Below are positions 31,491-48,156 of a stretch of DNA of 64,000 nucleotides, piece after piece. The position numbers were made by a program, and so were the translations under genes. This DNA comes from Octopus vulgaris. Lineage: Eukaryota. The stretch covers positions 50,840,001 through 50,904,000 of the forward strand of contig OX597833.1 in assembly GCA_951406725.2 (NCBI GenBank), written 5' to 3'. Positions within the stretch are counted from its first letter, which is position 1; every line of letters starts with the position of its first letter. The notes below the pieces were generated by a model. It was given only the letters and a program-made list of their open reading frames with translations, was not told where the DNA came from and made no database searches.

Positions 31491-32299
31491 GTATCTTTTT
31501 GCACTTTACTCATTTTGGAGATACGAAGATTTTGTCCTACATGTTTGTTTGTACGTTACATATCTTTCTGTGTGCCCCAATGGTTATACATATCATCATC
31601 ATCATCATCATCTTTCCTCAGTAGTTCCATGCGAGTTTCTACTGCATCGACTGTTGCACCTCCGTTTCCCTGGGGTGCACGCAGCATAGTGTTTATATAT
31701 GCATGTGGATCGAAGGAGCACAGACCTTTCTTAGTGGTGTGCTACTTCAGTTTTTCTTTATTTTCATCATCATGGGGTAGAGTTTCTTATTTCTTGTTTT
31801 ATTAGTGTTTATTCTACTGCGCTTGGCTTGTGTAATAATGTCGGTCATGTTATTTTAGTGGGCGTTAATCTTGTATAGTATATGTACCGCGAGTTGTGTT
31901 GCTTTAGATTATTAGATGCTTATTGTATTGGGTGTGTGGGATGTGTGAAGATTGCTTTAATTCAGCTACTCAAGTGAATTGATAATATCTTGCACTAGGT
32001 GTAAGCAGTTATTAGCAGAGTTATTTATGGAGAGTCTGTAGAGTTTTGAGCCCATGTGTTTCTTTTCATATGTTTTAACCATGCTCTAAATACTAATGGT
32101 ATTGTTTTCACCGTCATGCCTCACATCTTGTATTATTATTATTGTTTCCATTTTACTTCCGAGGAATCTCGATTTTACCTGCTCCTGTTAATTCTGTAAA
32201 GGCGGACAGCAACCTGTTTGTCAAAGGTCTCAGGGTTTCTGTCCACGATATTTAACACCCAAGTATCAATCGCAAAATCTTTTTTAGTATTTTTTTTTT

Positions 32300-32678
32300 A
32301 TTATTACTATTATTTTCATATACACTCAAGAAATTAGACTCTTGGAAAAGAAAATATAGTAACATCAGGCTAAAACAAGCAACCTTAGATTCCAAGAACC
32401 CTCTTAAGTATCCTAGCTGTTCCAAATAGCACTGTTTTCTGGAGCTGCACTAAACTGGGTTTTATGCCAATTTCCTCAATCCATCTCTTCAGTTCTTTAG
32501 GGTTTGTTCCCAATGCACTTATAACTACTGGGATACATTTTACCCGCACTTTCCCATAGTCTCTGAAATTCAGTAGTTAGGTCCGGGTACTTAACAATTT
32601 TTTCTTTACATCTTATATTAATGTTTTCATCATTTGGGATTGTAAAGTCAATTATCTGACTCTTTCTATTCACGTTGT

Positions 32679-32680
<2 letters not shown>
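32300..32680 (-). pseudogene. R4/Dong-clade non-LTR retrotransposon 3' fragment (restriction-like endonuclease C-terminus)
   Basis: Minus strand gives IIDFTIPNDENINIRCKEKIVKYPDL (DxxxP..EK..KY.DL) and LVQLQKTVLFGTARILKRVLGI* (stop 32385-32387), then a short UTR and a TAA-rich tail. Confidence 0.8.
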
Positions 32681-32748
<68 letters not shown>

Positions 32749-33012
32749 AACTGCTGCTGCTGCTGCTGCTGCTGCCGCTGCTGCTGCCGCTGCTGCTGCC
32801 GCTGCTGCTGTTGTTGTTGTTAAGCAACAAGACGGGTAAGGGTGATTAGGTGATGGTCTAGGGCTTAGGAGCGGGAGACCTCAGACCTTGGAAAAAAAAA
32901 TGTGGTCGTCTTGTTGTAATCGAGGGCTCTTCCTTCACGCCCGACACCACTGGGAGGTCCAAATTCTTGGACGGCTGCTGCTACTGCTGCTGCTGCTGCA
33001 ACTACTACCGCT

Positions 33013-33225
33013 GCGACATGGTGACCTTATATCAAGATAAATAGCGCATGATCTTGCAGGTGGGAGTCCAGTTGGAATTTTCTTCAGATCGAGTAGCCTA
33101 CCCCACTCAAAGGATCCTTGAATAAGGGTTGTTTAAAGATGCTGAACGAAACACCCATGTTTCCAGGGGTGAATTATCCAAAACCCAAAGAATTCCTCTC
33201 AAGACATGGCTATGAGGTTCCCCAC
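33013..33225 (-). mobile_element. Repeat family D fragment (inverted relative to 43330-43540)
   Basis: Reverse complement aligns to CATAGCCATGT..CAACCCTTATTCA..CTGAAGAAAATTC..CACCTGCAAG..TCTTGATAT..CACCATGTCGC. Confidence 0.8.
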
Positions 33226-33687
33226 ACCTTCATACACATCCGCGTGTCAACGTCGCACACAACCATCAATTATAGAGCACAGACAGTTCACCTTGTCCAC
33301 CACCACGTATCACCATTGCGTGGTAGTACGTTTTTAGGTAGATTACTATTAGCCAGTTACTCGTTTTTCGATTCATTGTACGTACAGAACATATTCTAAA
33401 ACCACAAAACTTTTCCTATAAATATATCTACATTCATTCATAGAATCCATTGAAGTGATTTAAACAATGTTACACGGAGCAAAATATCTTGCAGTAATCT
33501 GCTTCTAATACAAGTTACTTGTGATAAATTCATTTCAATTGCATTCAAAATGGAGGATATTAAAAAAGAGAACTGACTTGTAAGTTGGTGAACCGAATAA
33601 ATTATTAGACTTCGTAAGAATCATAATCATCGCCAAACGGACAGCGCAAATTTTCCCCTTATGTAACAGTGTAAATCCTTATTTGCC

Positions 33688-33771
<84 letters not shown>

Positions 33772-33772
33772 G

Positions 33773-33833
<61 letters not shown>

Positions 33834-33933
33834 CTATATGCTCTATCTATTTGTTTGTCTTTCTGCCTGCCTCTCTCTTTGTCTCTGTCTGTCTCTTTAT
33901 GTCTGTCTCTGTCTCTTCTCTCTGTCTCTCTCA

Positions 33934-33992
<59 letters not shown>

Positions 33993-34869
33993 TACATCAC
34001 GCATACACACACATAAACGTACACAAACATATATATATATAAGCATACAAATATATATGTGCATATATGTATGTACGTACTTATGCATGTATACGAAACT
34101 GATTTTTCTGAGGAATTACGGAGAATCTTTAGGCTATATCCATCAAGAAGCAATGGGCCTAAATAATATATCACATTTTTTGTAATTCTCGCTCCTTTCC
34201 ATTCCGCCATCGGTGTTAACATCAATGATACGAATATAATAGCAGAATTAGTGGTTAATGAGCGTCAATGAATTTTGTCAGCAATGGTGTGTTCAGATTT
34301 ATGAGAAGCAATGTTAGCTAAAGTGAGAAATTTCTTCGTCTAATTCTTGATATTTTTGACGTGGTATCTCTTCCGAGCAAGTTATATTTTTGGCGTACTG
34401 CCCAGACTTTCTAGTATGTGTCTAGGCTATTTAAATGCCAAAATCTTTGCCAAAATTGGTCGTATACGTTTAATGACGCTGCATGATATTGGAGAAGTAT
34501 GCGGCCTTTATGCCTGGTCATTACACATCATTCTTTTATAAATTTTCCATTTTCTGTTTTTCTTTACCAAATGACTTTCAGCAGTCACATGCATGCATCC
34601 CCCAATATGCCGATATATATATACATACATTCAGTTCGAAGTTACATTTCCCCACTTTTACTCGCCGTTAATATATCAATCTGTTCTCTACTGATTTAAT
34701 AAAATCCGATTAGAGATTTTGTTGTAGATGGATGGAAGTAAATTCACTGCGGGTAATTACATTAGATTAAATACATCACTAGCTATTTCAGCATTTAGAA
34801 TTTTCATCAAAAATTAATTACATCGCAAATTAATACATCCTTAATAAAGACATTCATCATTCTAAATAC

Positions 34870-35470
34870 TTATTTCTTTATTACCCACAAGGGGCTAAAG
34901 ATAGAGGGTACAAACAAGGACAGACATAGGATTTAAGTCGATTACATAGACCCCAGTGCGTAACTGGTACTTAATTTATCCACCCCGAAAGGATGAAAGG
35001 CAAAGTCGACCTCGGCGGAATTTGAACTCACAACGTAACGGCAGACGAAATACCTGTTTCTTTATTACCCACAAGGGGCTAAACATACAGGGGACAAACA
35101 AGGACAGACATAGGTATTAAGTCGATTACATCGACCCCAGTGCGTAACTGGTACTTAATTTATCGACCCCGAAAGGATGAAAGGCAAAGTCGACCTCGGC
35201 GGAATTTGAACTCACAATGAAACGGCAGACGAAATACCTGCTTCTTTATTACCCACAAGGGGCTAAACATAGAGGGGACAAACAAGGACAGACATAGGTA
35301 TCAAGTCGGTTACATTGACCCCAGTGCGTAACTGGTACTTAATTTATCGACCCCGAAAGGATGAAAGGCAAAGTCGACCTCGGCGAAATTTGAACTCTCA
35401 ACGTAACGGCAGACGAAATACCGCTAGGCATTTCGCCCGGAGTGCTAGCGATTCTGCCAGCTCGCCGCCT
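34870..35470 (-). mobile_element. SINE family A trimer (3 x 184 bp, one head) with a 17-bp TSD
   Basis: Units end at 35054, 35238 and 35422; TSD TTCATCATTCTAAATAC at 34853-34869 and 35471-35487. Confidence 0.95.
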
Positions 35471-36350
35471 TTCATCATTCTAAATACATCGTGGGAAAAT
35501 TCAGCGTTATACCTTTTATCTGAAGAGTAATAACACCTCACTAAACTTTATTTTATATATACTATAAATTTTTTAGTTGCGAAAACAATACGTAATATTT
35601 CATTAACAATGAAAGAGATATGTCAATTTTATAATTCTATATTCACGAAATTTTTAGGGAAGTTGTTGAAGAAACAATAAAAAGAAATGAAGTAATAGTG
35701 GAACCGTGTATCGCGTATGTAGATAGTTCTACGCAGCAAATAAAAGAAAAATATGAAGATAACGCTGCAAAAAATTCAACGCAGTGTCAATGAATATAAA
35801 AAGTACGAAATAACGGAATATTTAAGAGGTATTGTCTAAGATGTGTCTTTATAAGCGTAATTCTTTTTTTTTTTTCTACCTTAAAATAATGTTATTTTCT
35901 TGCTGGAATTTTTTTCTTTTGTGATTCATAGTTTAAAAGAAATTTTAATGCTTTTTTTTTTCATAGAATAATTTTGATGTTAATTTTGTGATTTAATTTT
36001 GAATTCATTTTTATTGTTAAATAAACGCGACATGTTTTCTGTAGGAACAAAAATCTTAAATAATGCTTAATGATGTATTTACTCTGCATTTAATAATATA
36101 CCAGAACAACACAAAACAGCATTCATTGAGACGTTTCGCTTACGGTGTAATTAACATATGATGATTCTCGTGTAGGTTAAGAAGTTTGCTTGCAAGCATA
36201 TGTTTTCAAGTGTCTTCTACTATAATCCCAAGCCGACCAATGCCATCAGAGAATTTGGTAGATAGAAACTGTGTGGAAGCACGTCGAATATATATATATA
36301 TATATATATGAATATAAATGAATATATATATATATATGTATATATATATG

Positions 36351-36435
<85 letters not shown>

Positions 36436-36627
36436 TATATATATCTATATATGCATATACATACATATATATGTGTGTATATATACATACATACATATAT
36501 ATATATGTGCATAGCTGTGCCACCATTCATTCTAATCTCTCCAAAACACACAGATTCGCCATGTTGGACCGCTGAAATCTACAATAGTAGTAGTAGTAGT
36601 AGTATTAGTAGTAGTAGTAGTAGTAGA

Positions 36628-36866
36628 AATCGGTTCATTCACTACAGCTGTTTCAAATGCGTTTTTTATTGATGAATAGAGATATTACGTCTTCGGCTGA
36701 AGTTAGCCAGGAATTATGAAGTGGTACATAACAATTCTTGGAAGGTTTTTAAAGATGTTTAACTCGTGTATATTCACCTGAAGACACGTGTTTTCTCGCA
36801 TGATTTATTATCTCAATTCAACAGTAAAATAATTTGTTTGAAACAGCTGTAGTGAACGAACCAATT
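36628..36866. ncRNA. Inverted pair of degenerate hammerhead-like motifs
   Basis: Plus strand: TTCAC-CTGAAGA(36778)..GAAA-CAGCTG-TA-GTGAA(36856), with a perfect 5-bp stem I. Minus strand (36638-36701): TTCAG-CCGAAGA..GAAACAGCTGTA-GTGAA. Stem II is degenerate in both. Confidence 0.55.
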
Positions 36867-36884
36867 CCCATCTGTTGTTATATT

Positions 36885-36920
<36 letters not shown>

Positions 36921-37798
36921 GGCTTTTGCGTGTGTGTGTGTGTGTGCGTGTTCATGCGTGTGTGTGTTTGTGTGTGTGTGTGAGTGTGTGTATGTGTGTG
37001 TGTGTGTGTGTGCGTGTGTGTGTGTGTGTGTGTGGCAGTGGTTAGGAATAATCAGTGATTAGTTATAAACGAATTATAGGTTAATTACAATATGTTTGTG
37101 ATATTTGGACATTTAAAGCTGAACTCATTGCAGCCATAATGGAGAACATTTTTTCTCTTATGGTAAAAGTTATAAAGCACACCATATCTATCCAGTGCTT
37201 CGCGATATAGATTGCCAGAAGGCCGTTTCTAGCTCTTTAGCCTTACCCAATGGGGAGAAAGATACCGAAGGAAGATAACCCTGGGCAGATTCAATGCCTG
37301 TCATGTGGATGCGAAAATCATGTGATCTAGCTATTCCATCAACGATGCTGGACAATTTTCGTCTGCAACTGATGCTTATGCGCTTTTATGTACGAAATGT
37401 CTACATGAGCTGCTCTTTGAAGACGAAGATCGCAGTATAACGGTGTTCTTACAATAAATCTACGCTAAGTAAGATTAAAGACCCACATCAAACAGAATAT
37501 AAATTGATTCAGAGCCTGTTGTAGAGACACTCACTGAACCAAAAACCACACAACTGCAAGCCGAATGTCTTAACCAGGCTACAAAATTTAACGTTGTCTT
37601 CTTTCCTTAAAAATTAATAATATATATTAAGGAATACATGGAAATTCAACTTAAAAGTTTTATGACTTTACACATTTTTTATTTTAATGTATGCACCAAT
37701 ATTTGTAGATGCTAAAAGCCACGTTAATGTTAACGTTTTCCATTATGTCATTGTTTTCGTTCCATAGTTAACATTGATTCCAGTATAGTACGTAACGT

Positions 37799-38100
37799 AG
37801 AGGCGCAATGGCCCAGTGGTTAGGGTAGCGGACTCGCGGTCGGAGGATCGCGGTTTCGATTCCCAAACCGGGCGTTGTGTGTGTCTATTGAGTGAAAACA
37901 CCTAAAAGCTGCACGAGGCTCCGGCAGAGGGTGGTGGCGACCCCTGTTGTACTCTTTCGCCACAACTTTCTCTCACTCTTTCTTCCTGTTTCTTGAGTAA
38001 CGCTGCGATGGACTGGCATCCCGTCCAGCTGATGGGGAAACACATACGCCACAGAACCCGGGAAACCGAGCCCATGAGCCTGGCTAGGATTGAAAAAGCG
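37799..38100 (+). mobile_element. SINE family C, tail type 1
   Basis: Same head as 12253 and tail CACATACGCCACAGAAC..CCCATGAGCCTGGCTAGG. Confidence 0.9.
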
Positions 38101-38687
38101 GTGTTTTTTTTTATTGTATGTAATTTCTTAAAGATAAATATTTGCATTAAATCTTTGAACTCATCCAGGTTTAAGGTTGTTTAAAATATTTTTGGAAAAT
38201 ACCTCAAGGTTGTGTCAAGCAGAATATTGTGAGCATTTCCATAATATTCCAGCTCTGGTTTAACCTAAGAATAATACTAATTATATGTCAAACTAATCCC
38301 GATACAATTCTACATTGAATTATTTCTTATAATATTTTCTGGCGTTTTGCATTTGATACACTGCATGAAGCAATAGATTTCGCTGGATACGAAAGCAGCC
38401 AACACAGAAAAATATTAATTTTCCCTGAAGAAGATCTGTTAACTCTCTTGCAAAAAATCTTTGCTTTCCAAAAACCTTACAAAAACAAGAGTAAAAAAAA
38501 AGGTAACAATGAAAGGTTCCACTCAAGAATATGACTAGAGATGTCATCAAGGATAAATAACGCCAAAAATCAACTAAAACTGTCAGCAAAACACATCAAC
38601 GGCCGCAATGTCAGAGAAAAAAAGAATAAGAAAAAAAAAGGAGAGGAAAGGTGAGAGAGAGAGAGAGAGAGAACGAGAGAGAAAAAG

Positions 38688-38728
<41 letters not shown>

Positions 38729-38866
38729 TTGGCGGGAGAGATCTGGTGTTATAAAACCGCAAACCACAACTGATATAGTGATAAAATGAATAATTTTCTT
38801 TGGCTTTTCGAAAATCCATGTAAAATAAACAAGATGTAGATATCATTGCAGCGTAATTTTTTCTCT

Positions 38867-38897
<31 letters not shown>

Positions 38898-38916
38898 GTA
38901 CACGTACGCACCACAC

Positions 38917-39000
<84 letters not shown>

Positions 39001-39229
39001 GTGTATATATATATACACATATGTATGTATATACATACAAATTTATAAAAATATATATATACATATGACTATACATACATATATGAATGTATATACATAT
39101 ATATACACACTCACAGTTGAGTGTTTCGTGTTGGTAGGGCAGTTTCCTTTCATGCTGTCAAAAATAATGAAGATGCCTATTCATATTCTGCGCCTTGATT
39201 AATGCTACTGATGAACTTTATGCACGCAT

Positions 39230-39371
<142 letters not shown>

Positions 39372-39437
39372 CACATACATGTATATATATGCATGCATAC
39401 ATACATACATACATACATACATACATACATACATACA

Positions 39438-39468
<31 letters not shown>

Positions 39469-40363
39469 GTATATCGGTATATATGCGCGTGTTTTCGTAT
39501 CGCTTTTTTCCTCAGTTCTGGGGGTGAGAGGTAATACAACTGTAGATTCTCCTTCATCTTTGTGTGTGTGTGTGTGTGCTTGTGTGTAGGTGTTAGCGTG
39601 TGCGCTTGTGCGTGTGCTTGTTTGTGTGTGTGTTTGTCTATGTGTGCGTGTTTGTTGTGGGTGGTGTGTGTGGGTGTGCTTGTGTGCGGTGGTGTGTGTT
39701 TGTTGTGGGTGGTGTTTGTTGTGGGTGTGTATGTGTGTGTGCTTGTGTGCGGTCATTAGCGCCGGCGTGTGTGTGTTTGTGCGTGCCTGTGTGTGTGTGT
39801 TTGTGTATGGGTGTTAGCGTGTGCGTGTGCGTGCGTGATTGTGTGTTTGTACTTGTGTATAGCTGTTAGCGTGTGCGTGCGTGTGTGTGTTTGCTTCTGT
39901 GAGGGTATTAGCGTGCGTGTGTGTGTTTGTGTGTACTTGTGTGTGTGTGTGTATGTATCTGTATGTCTCTATGTATGAATTATATCATTACAATATTAGT
40001 CTTTTGTTTTTTTAACTTAATATTTCTTCCAAATTTTCCTGCAAATAAGATGATATCACAAGAAGAAGAAAGAGAAAAAAAAAAACCAGAAAAAATAAAA
40101 GAAATATAAATTATTTAAATATCCCATTCTTTACTTCATTGCAGCTTCTGTTCAGGCAATCACCATAGTTCTTCTCATTTTTCTTCTTACCCTGGTAGAA
40201 TTATAAGAAGACATACTTTTTAGATTAGTTTATGTGGATCAATATTGACAGATGAACCACGCAGACTATACACCATTATATACGAATGTCTATACATCCG
40301 TAGCTATACGCTTCCCGAAAATATCTAACAACGCGGCCATGTGTGTTTATACGTATAAACATT

Positions 40364-40421
<58 letters not shown>

Positions 40422-40824
40422 CGTATGTCTATATTGTGACAGATGTATATGATTATTATTATTTGACTTTATATTAAGTGTTTTGTCGACGAGTGTATAT
40501 GTGTTGTATATAAGTGCATGTGTGCGTGCGTGCGTGCGTGCGTGCGAGGCGTACGTACGCGTGTATATGCTTGTGTATGTGTCTGTGCGTGTGTGCGTAT
40601 TTTGATATATTTGTGTGCATGTGTTTATGTACTTATCTATCCACTAATGCCTCTAGGTAATTATATATGCAAATATATACATCTTTGCATTTATGCATAC
40701 ATCTATGTTTGTGTCTATGTATCTATATATATACACACAAACATATATATATATGAATATATGTATGTATATATATATATATGTAAATATATATATATAT
40801 ATATAAAAGTATAACATGACAGTA

Positions 40825-40876
<52 letters not shown>

Positions 40877-41136
40877 TATGATCTGATCTTTGGAAACAGA
40901 CACTCTTGTTTAAGACACACCGAATGTAGAAGATGATATCACACAAAATTTGAAGGTTATTAATAATCCATGTCATCTGAACGCTATTTAACTCTCGTTA
41001 ATTCTCGTTACTTTCTCGTCCAATTTGCTTTCACATCTTCCAGTCTTGCCAGCTGCCAGCAATTTGCACTGACAATAAAACACTCACCAATCAAAGAAAT
41101 GGCAACCACAAAAGACTACTACTACTACTACTACTA

Positions 41137-41192
<56 letters not shown>

Positions 41193-41589
41193 GTGGAGGC
41201 GCAATGGCCCAGTTGTTAGCACAACGGACTCGTGATCGTAGGTTCGTGATTTCGATTCCCATACTGGGCGTTGTGGGTGTTTATTGAGCGAAAATACCTA
41301 AATGCTTCACGAGGCTCCAGCAACGCGGGTGGGTTTCGAACCCTGCTGTACTCTTTCACCACAATTTTCTCTCTCACGCTTTCTTCCTGTTTCTGTTGTA
41401 CCTGTATTTTCAAAGGGGCCAGCCTTGTCACACTCTGTCTCACGCTGAATCTCCATCCTCCACCCGAGAACTACGTTAAGGTTACGCGTGTCTGTGGAGT
41501 GCTCAGCCACTTGCACGTTGATTTCACGAGCAGGCTGCTCCGTTGATCGCATCAACTGGAACCCTCGTCGTCGTAACCGACGGAGCCCC

Positions 41590-41590
<1 letters not shown>
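41193..41590 (+). mobile_element. SINE family C, tail type 2, inside (TAC)n
   Basis: Family C head; tail GCCAGCCTTGTCAC..AACCCTCGTCGTCGTAACCGACGG; (CTA)n on both sides. Confidence 0.9.
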
Positions 41591-43851
<2,261 letters not shown>

Positions 43852-44279
43852 TAATAATAATAATAATAATAATAATAATCTTTTCTACTCTAGGCACAAG
43901 AATCCACCCTCCTCCTGCTACTCCTCCTCATCCTCCTCCTCATCACCATCATCACTACCATCATCAATATTTTCAGCTACAGCAGTACTATTAGTAGTTC
44001 CTCAACAGCTTTATGCGTGTCTTTATTGCCACAGCCAGGTGCCCCATCATCTTCTTGAGGTGCATGAATAATTAAAGCTCTAGAATCGAGTATTGATTAA
44101 ATAAGCGTTTGTTTTCGGCTATGTGACAAATTAGCTGAGTTGTTAGAGTGCTTCTGAGAATGCCTCCCAGTAACTGTTCCGGCTGTGCGTGCTCTGAGTT
44201 CAAATTCAACCGCTACCAAATTTCTCTTTCATTATATCATGGGTCGAAGGTACCGAGCTGACAGAAACGTTAGCAGGTT

Positions 44280-44630
44280 AAGGCGGTGAGCTGGCAGAAT
44301 CGTTAGTACGCCGGGCGAAATGCTTAACGGTATTTCGTCTGCCGTTACGTTGTGAGTTCAAATTCCGCCGAGATCGACTTTGCCTTTCATCCTTTCTGGG
44401 TCGATTAAATAAGAACCAGTTACGCACTGGGGTCGATACAATCGATTTAATCCGTTTGTCTGTCCTTGTTTGTCCTCTCTGTAGTTAGCCCCTTGTGGGT
44501 AGTAAAGAAATAAGTATTTTGTCTGCCGCTGCGTTCTGAGTTCAAATTCCGCCGAGGTCGACTTTGCCTTTCATCCTTTCGGGGTCGATAAATTAAGTAC
44601 CGGTTACGCACTTGGGTCGATATAATCGAT
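44280..44630 (+). mobile_element. SINE family A dimer
   Basis: Head AGGCGGTGAGCTGGCAG, junction AAAGAAATA|AGTATTTTGTCTGCCG (~44511), then a second headless unit. Confidence 0.9.
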
Positions 44631-44677
44631 TGGATAAGTTCCATGCTGCGTTTATACAGCGTAGGAGTGAATGTGTA

Positions 44678-44876
44678 GGCGCTTGAGTGGCTGTGTGGTA
44701 AGTAGCTTTCTTACCAACCACATGCCTCCGGGTTCAGTCCCACTGCGAGGCACCTTGGGTAAATCTCTTCTACTATAGCCTTTGGCCGACCAAAGCTTTG
44801 TGAGTGGATAAAGAAACTGGAAGAAAGCAAAGCTTTGTGTGTGGATTTGGTAGATGGAAACGGAAAGAATCCCGTG
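44678..44876 (+). mobile_element. SINE family B, 5' part with internal duplication
   Basis: GGCGCTTGAGTGGCTGTGTGGTAAG..GGGTTCAGTCCC; CAAAGCTTTGTG occurs twice. Confidence 0.85.
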
Positions 44877-44962
44877 GAATCGGTGGGGCGATGCATATCC
44901 TAAATCAGAAATATTAAACTTCTAAATATCTCATAGAGATATGTACGGTGGTGGGGCGATAT

Positions 44963-45225
44963 AATGGTTGTATAATGTAAATTTAACGTGACAGTAGGGG
45001 ATTACACCACCGCTGTTTAGCCCTAGGAAGCATCGACGCCTCCTGATGGCTTCAACACATTTTTTCCCTGTGTCCTTATATATTTATTTCTCCCCTTCGT
45101 AAATATATAAAGACACAGGAAAAACAAATGTGTCGAAGCCATCAGGAGGCGTCGATGCTTCCTAGGGCTAAACAGCGGTGGTGTAATCCCCTACTGTCAC
45201 GTTAAATTGACAGTATACAACCATT
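44963..45225. mobile_element. 263-bp fold-back element (MITE-like hairpin)
   Basis: Arms of ~125 bp (AATGGTTGTATA..TTATATATTTA / TAAATATATAA..TATACAACCATT), 13-nt loop at 45087-45099, CGAT on both flanks. Confidence 0.85.
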
Positions 45226-45516
45226 CGATGCATATCCTGTTTGCAGGTAAATATTTTCGCAAATTATAGTGTGGCTTACAACGCTTTGCTTACCCATGCT
45301 TTTTAATTGAACTGGATTAAATGACTGAAACAAGTAAACGAGTAAAGAGTAAAGAGTAACGAAACAAGTAAACGAGTAAAGAGTAAAGAGTAACAGTATT
45401 TACTATGAGTTCTTTAGGTTCTGAATTCGAATATCATCGAAGCCAAATTTAATCTCCTATGTCTAGAGACGATAATATGAAGTACAAATCGGATATTGAG
45501 AATTGATATCGTCTGT

Positions 45517-45553
<37 letters not shown>

Positions 45554-46033
45554 AATCTGAAGCCTATATAGCAAGCTGGATATCATTAGTTGTACGGTGG
45601 TGAGCTGGATAAGAAGTCGAGATGGTTAAAGTGGTGAGCAGGTGGAATCGTGAAAGCATCAGAAATAACTCGTTGTAGGATTCGTTGCGGCGCTGTAACA
45701 TTTGAGTTCACACCACAGCAATGTCAACGTTACCTTTTTCATCCCACTGGGGTCGATTAGATGTGGTCCCAGTTGACTGTTGGGGTTTAGGGTACGGACG
45801 AAATTCCTAGTCTCGTGGCTAAACCAGACACCAGTATTAGTCATAATGATGAAACATCCCTCCATCCCCAACTCATTGGCTACTAAAACAACATATTGAG
45901 CGTTTTGGCAGCTTCTGTCTGTCTGCCTACATGCCTGTCTGTATGCCTGTCTGTCTCTGTTTGTTTGTCTCTCACTGTCTGTCTGTCTCTGTCTCTCTCT
46001 CTCTTTCCCTCTGGGATATATGTGTATATATAC

Positions 46034-46087
<54 letters not shown>

Positions 46088-46125
46088 GTGTGTGTGTGTG
46101 AGTATATATATATACATCTATATGA

Positions 46126-46159
<34 letters not shown>

Positions 46160-46354
46160 TGAGAGAAATGCACGCATATACCTATTTATGTATATATAGA
46201 TATAAATATATATATATATAATATATATATATATAATATATATATACGTGTGTGTGTGTGATATATATATATACATCTATATGAATATATATATATAGAG
46301 AGAGAGAGAGAGTGAGATGCACGCATATACCTATTTATGTATATATAGATATAA

Positions 46355-46411
<57 letters not shown>

Positions 46412-46528
46412 TATATATATACACATATATTACATATAATATATATATAATACACACACACCTCGCTTCCATACAGGTTTCTTAGCATACTTATTCAATC
46501 TGTTGCTTTATCCTTTCGCCTAAACATA

Positions 46529-46564
<36 letters not shown>

Positions 46565-47538
46565 TTCTCTCTCCCCATCTCTCACTCACTCTGTCGCTTA
46601 CCCTACATCAGTCTATCAGTATATCTATATATCTATATATCTATTTATCTATATATCTATTTCCCTCTTCCATTCAACGCCTACTATTCTAGCTGCGTCT
46701 TCCCGAAGAACAAGTTACCATTCACGTTGAATCATTCTAAATTTATGGCCAACATGCTATTATTTGATCCGAGGACTGTGCCAGGACTCTCCGAGGACAT
46801 GGTAATCCGATACCAATGCCGGACGAGTGAAGTATTCGAATTTCATTCAGCATTATATTATCGAACCAATTTTTCCCAATTCTTTCCTACCAACCCTCAC
46901 AGCCCTATTTATTAAAGATCCGGCTAACCTCTTCATGCGTACATATATAAAGATATAGAGAAGCACGTGAGTATAGTTATATATGTTTAGTCGTATATAT
47001 ATACTTACACACACACCACATATATACACACAGACGCACTCATTCACCCACACATATGCATATGTACATATGCATATATATATGTTTAATTATACATATT
47101 TATTTACATATATATTCATATATATATTTATGTATATTTATATGTATGTATATACATATGGACATGCATATATATATGCATGTTTATGTCTTTATCTATA
47201 TATGTGTGTGTGTATATATATATATTTATATGTATGTATGTATAGTAGGGGGAGAGAGAAAGAGAAATACAATTACAGATATACACTAATAAATTCATTG
47301 TACCTATGGAAACACGTATGATGCATAGAGAAGCCAGACGTGCATATATCATACATAGATAAATCAAACGTGCACATATCATATATACATACACCAACGA
47401 CATACGATGTAAAATATCCATGCATAATTCCAGACATTGATATACACGCACACATACAACACGCATATATATAGATATGTGTGTGTATATGATAAACATA
47501 TATATATATGTGTATGTTTATATATATACACATACATG

Positions 47539-47591
<53 letters not shown>

Positions 47592-47825
47592 CTTCACTAC
47601 ATTTGTTACTAGTCAAGCAATTTATAGGTAAGAGGATAGTGAATTACGTCGAATCCAGTGCATAATCGACTGCGAACGGATGAAAGACAAAATCGACACT
47701 CTATGGAATTTGAAACCATAACGTAAGGAGCCGCAAAAAAGCAGCTAAGCACTTCTTCTTCCAGCGTGCTAACGATACTTCCAGCTAACTTTTTATTCAT
47801 GTATGTATGTATGTATGTATGTATG

Positions 47826-47873
<48 letters not shown>

Positions 47874-47994
47874 TACATATATAAATATGTATATATATAT
47901 GTATGTATATATATATGTGTTGTGTGTATATATGTGTATGTATATGTACACATATATCTATATGTATATGTGTATGTGTATATGTATACATATA

Positions 47995-48111
47995 CAGTGG
48001 TTAGGGCAACGGACTCGCGGTCTTAGGATCGTGGTTTCGATTCTCAACCGGGCGTTGTGAGTGAATTTAGTAGAGGGAAACTGAAAGAAGCCCGTCATAT
48101 ATATGTATATG

Positions 48112-48156
<45 letters not shown>

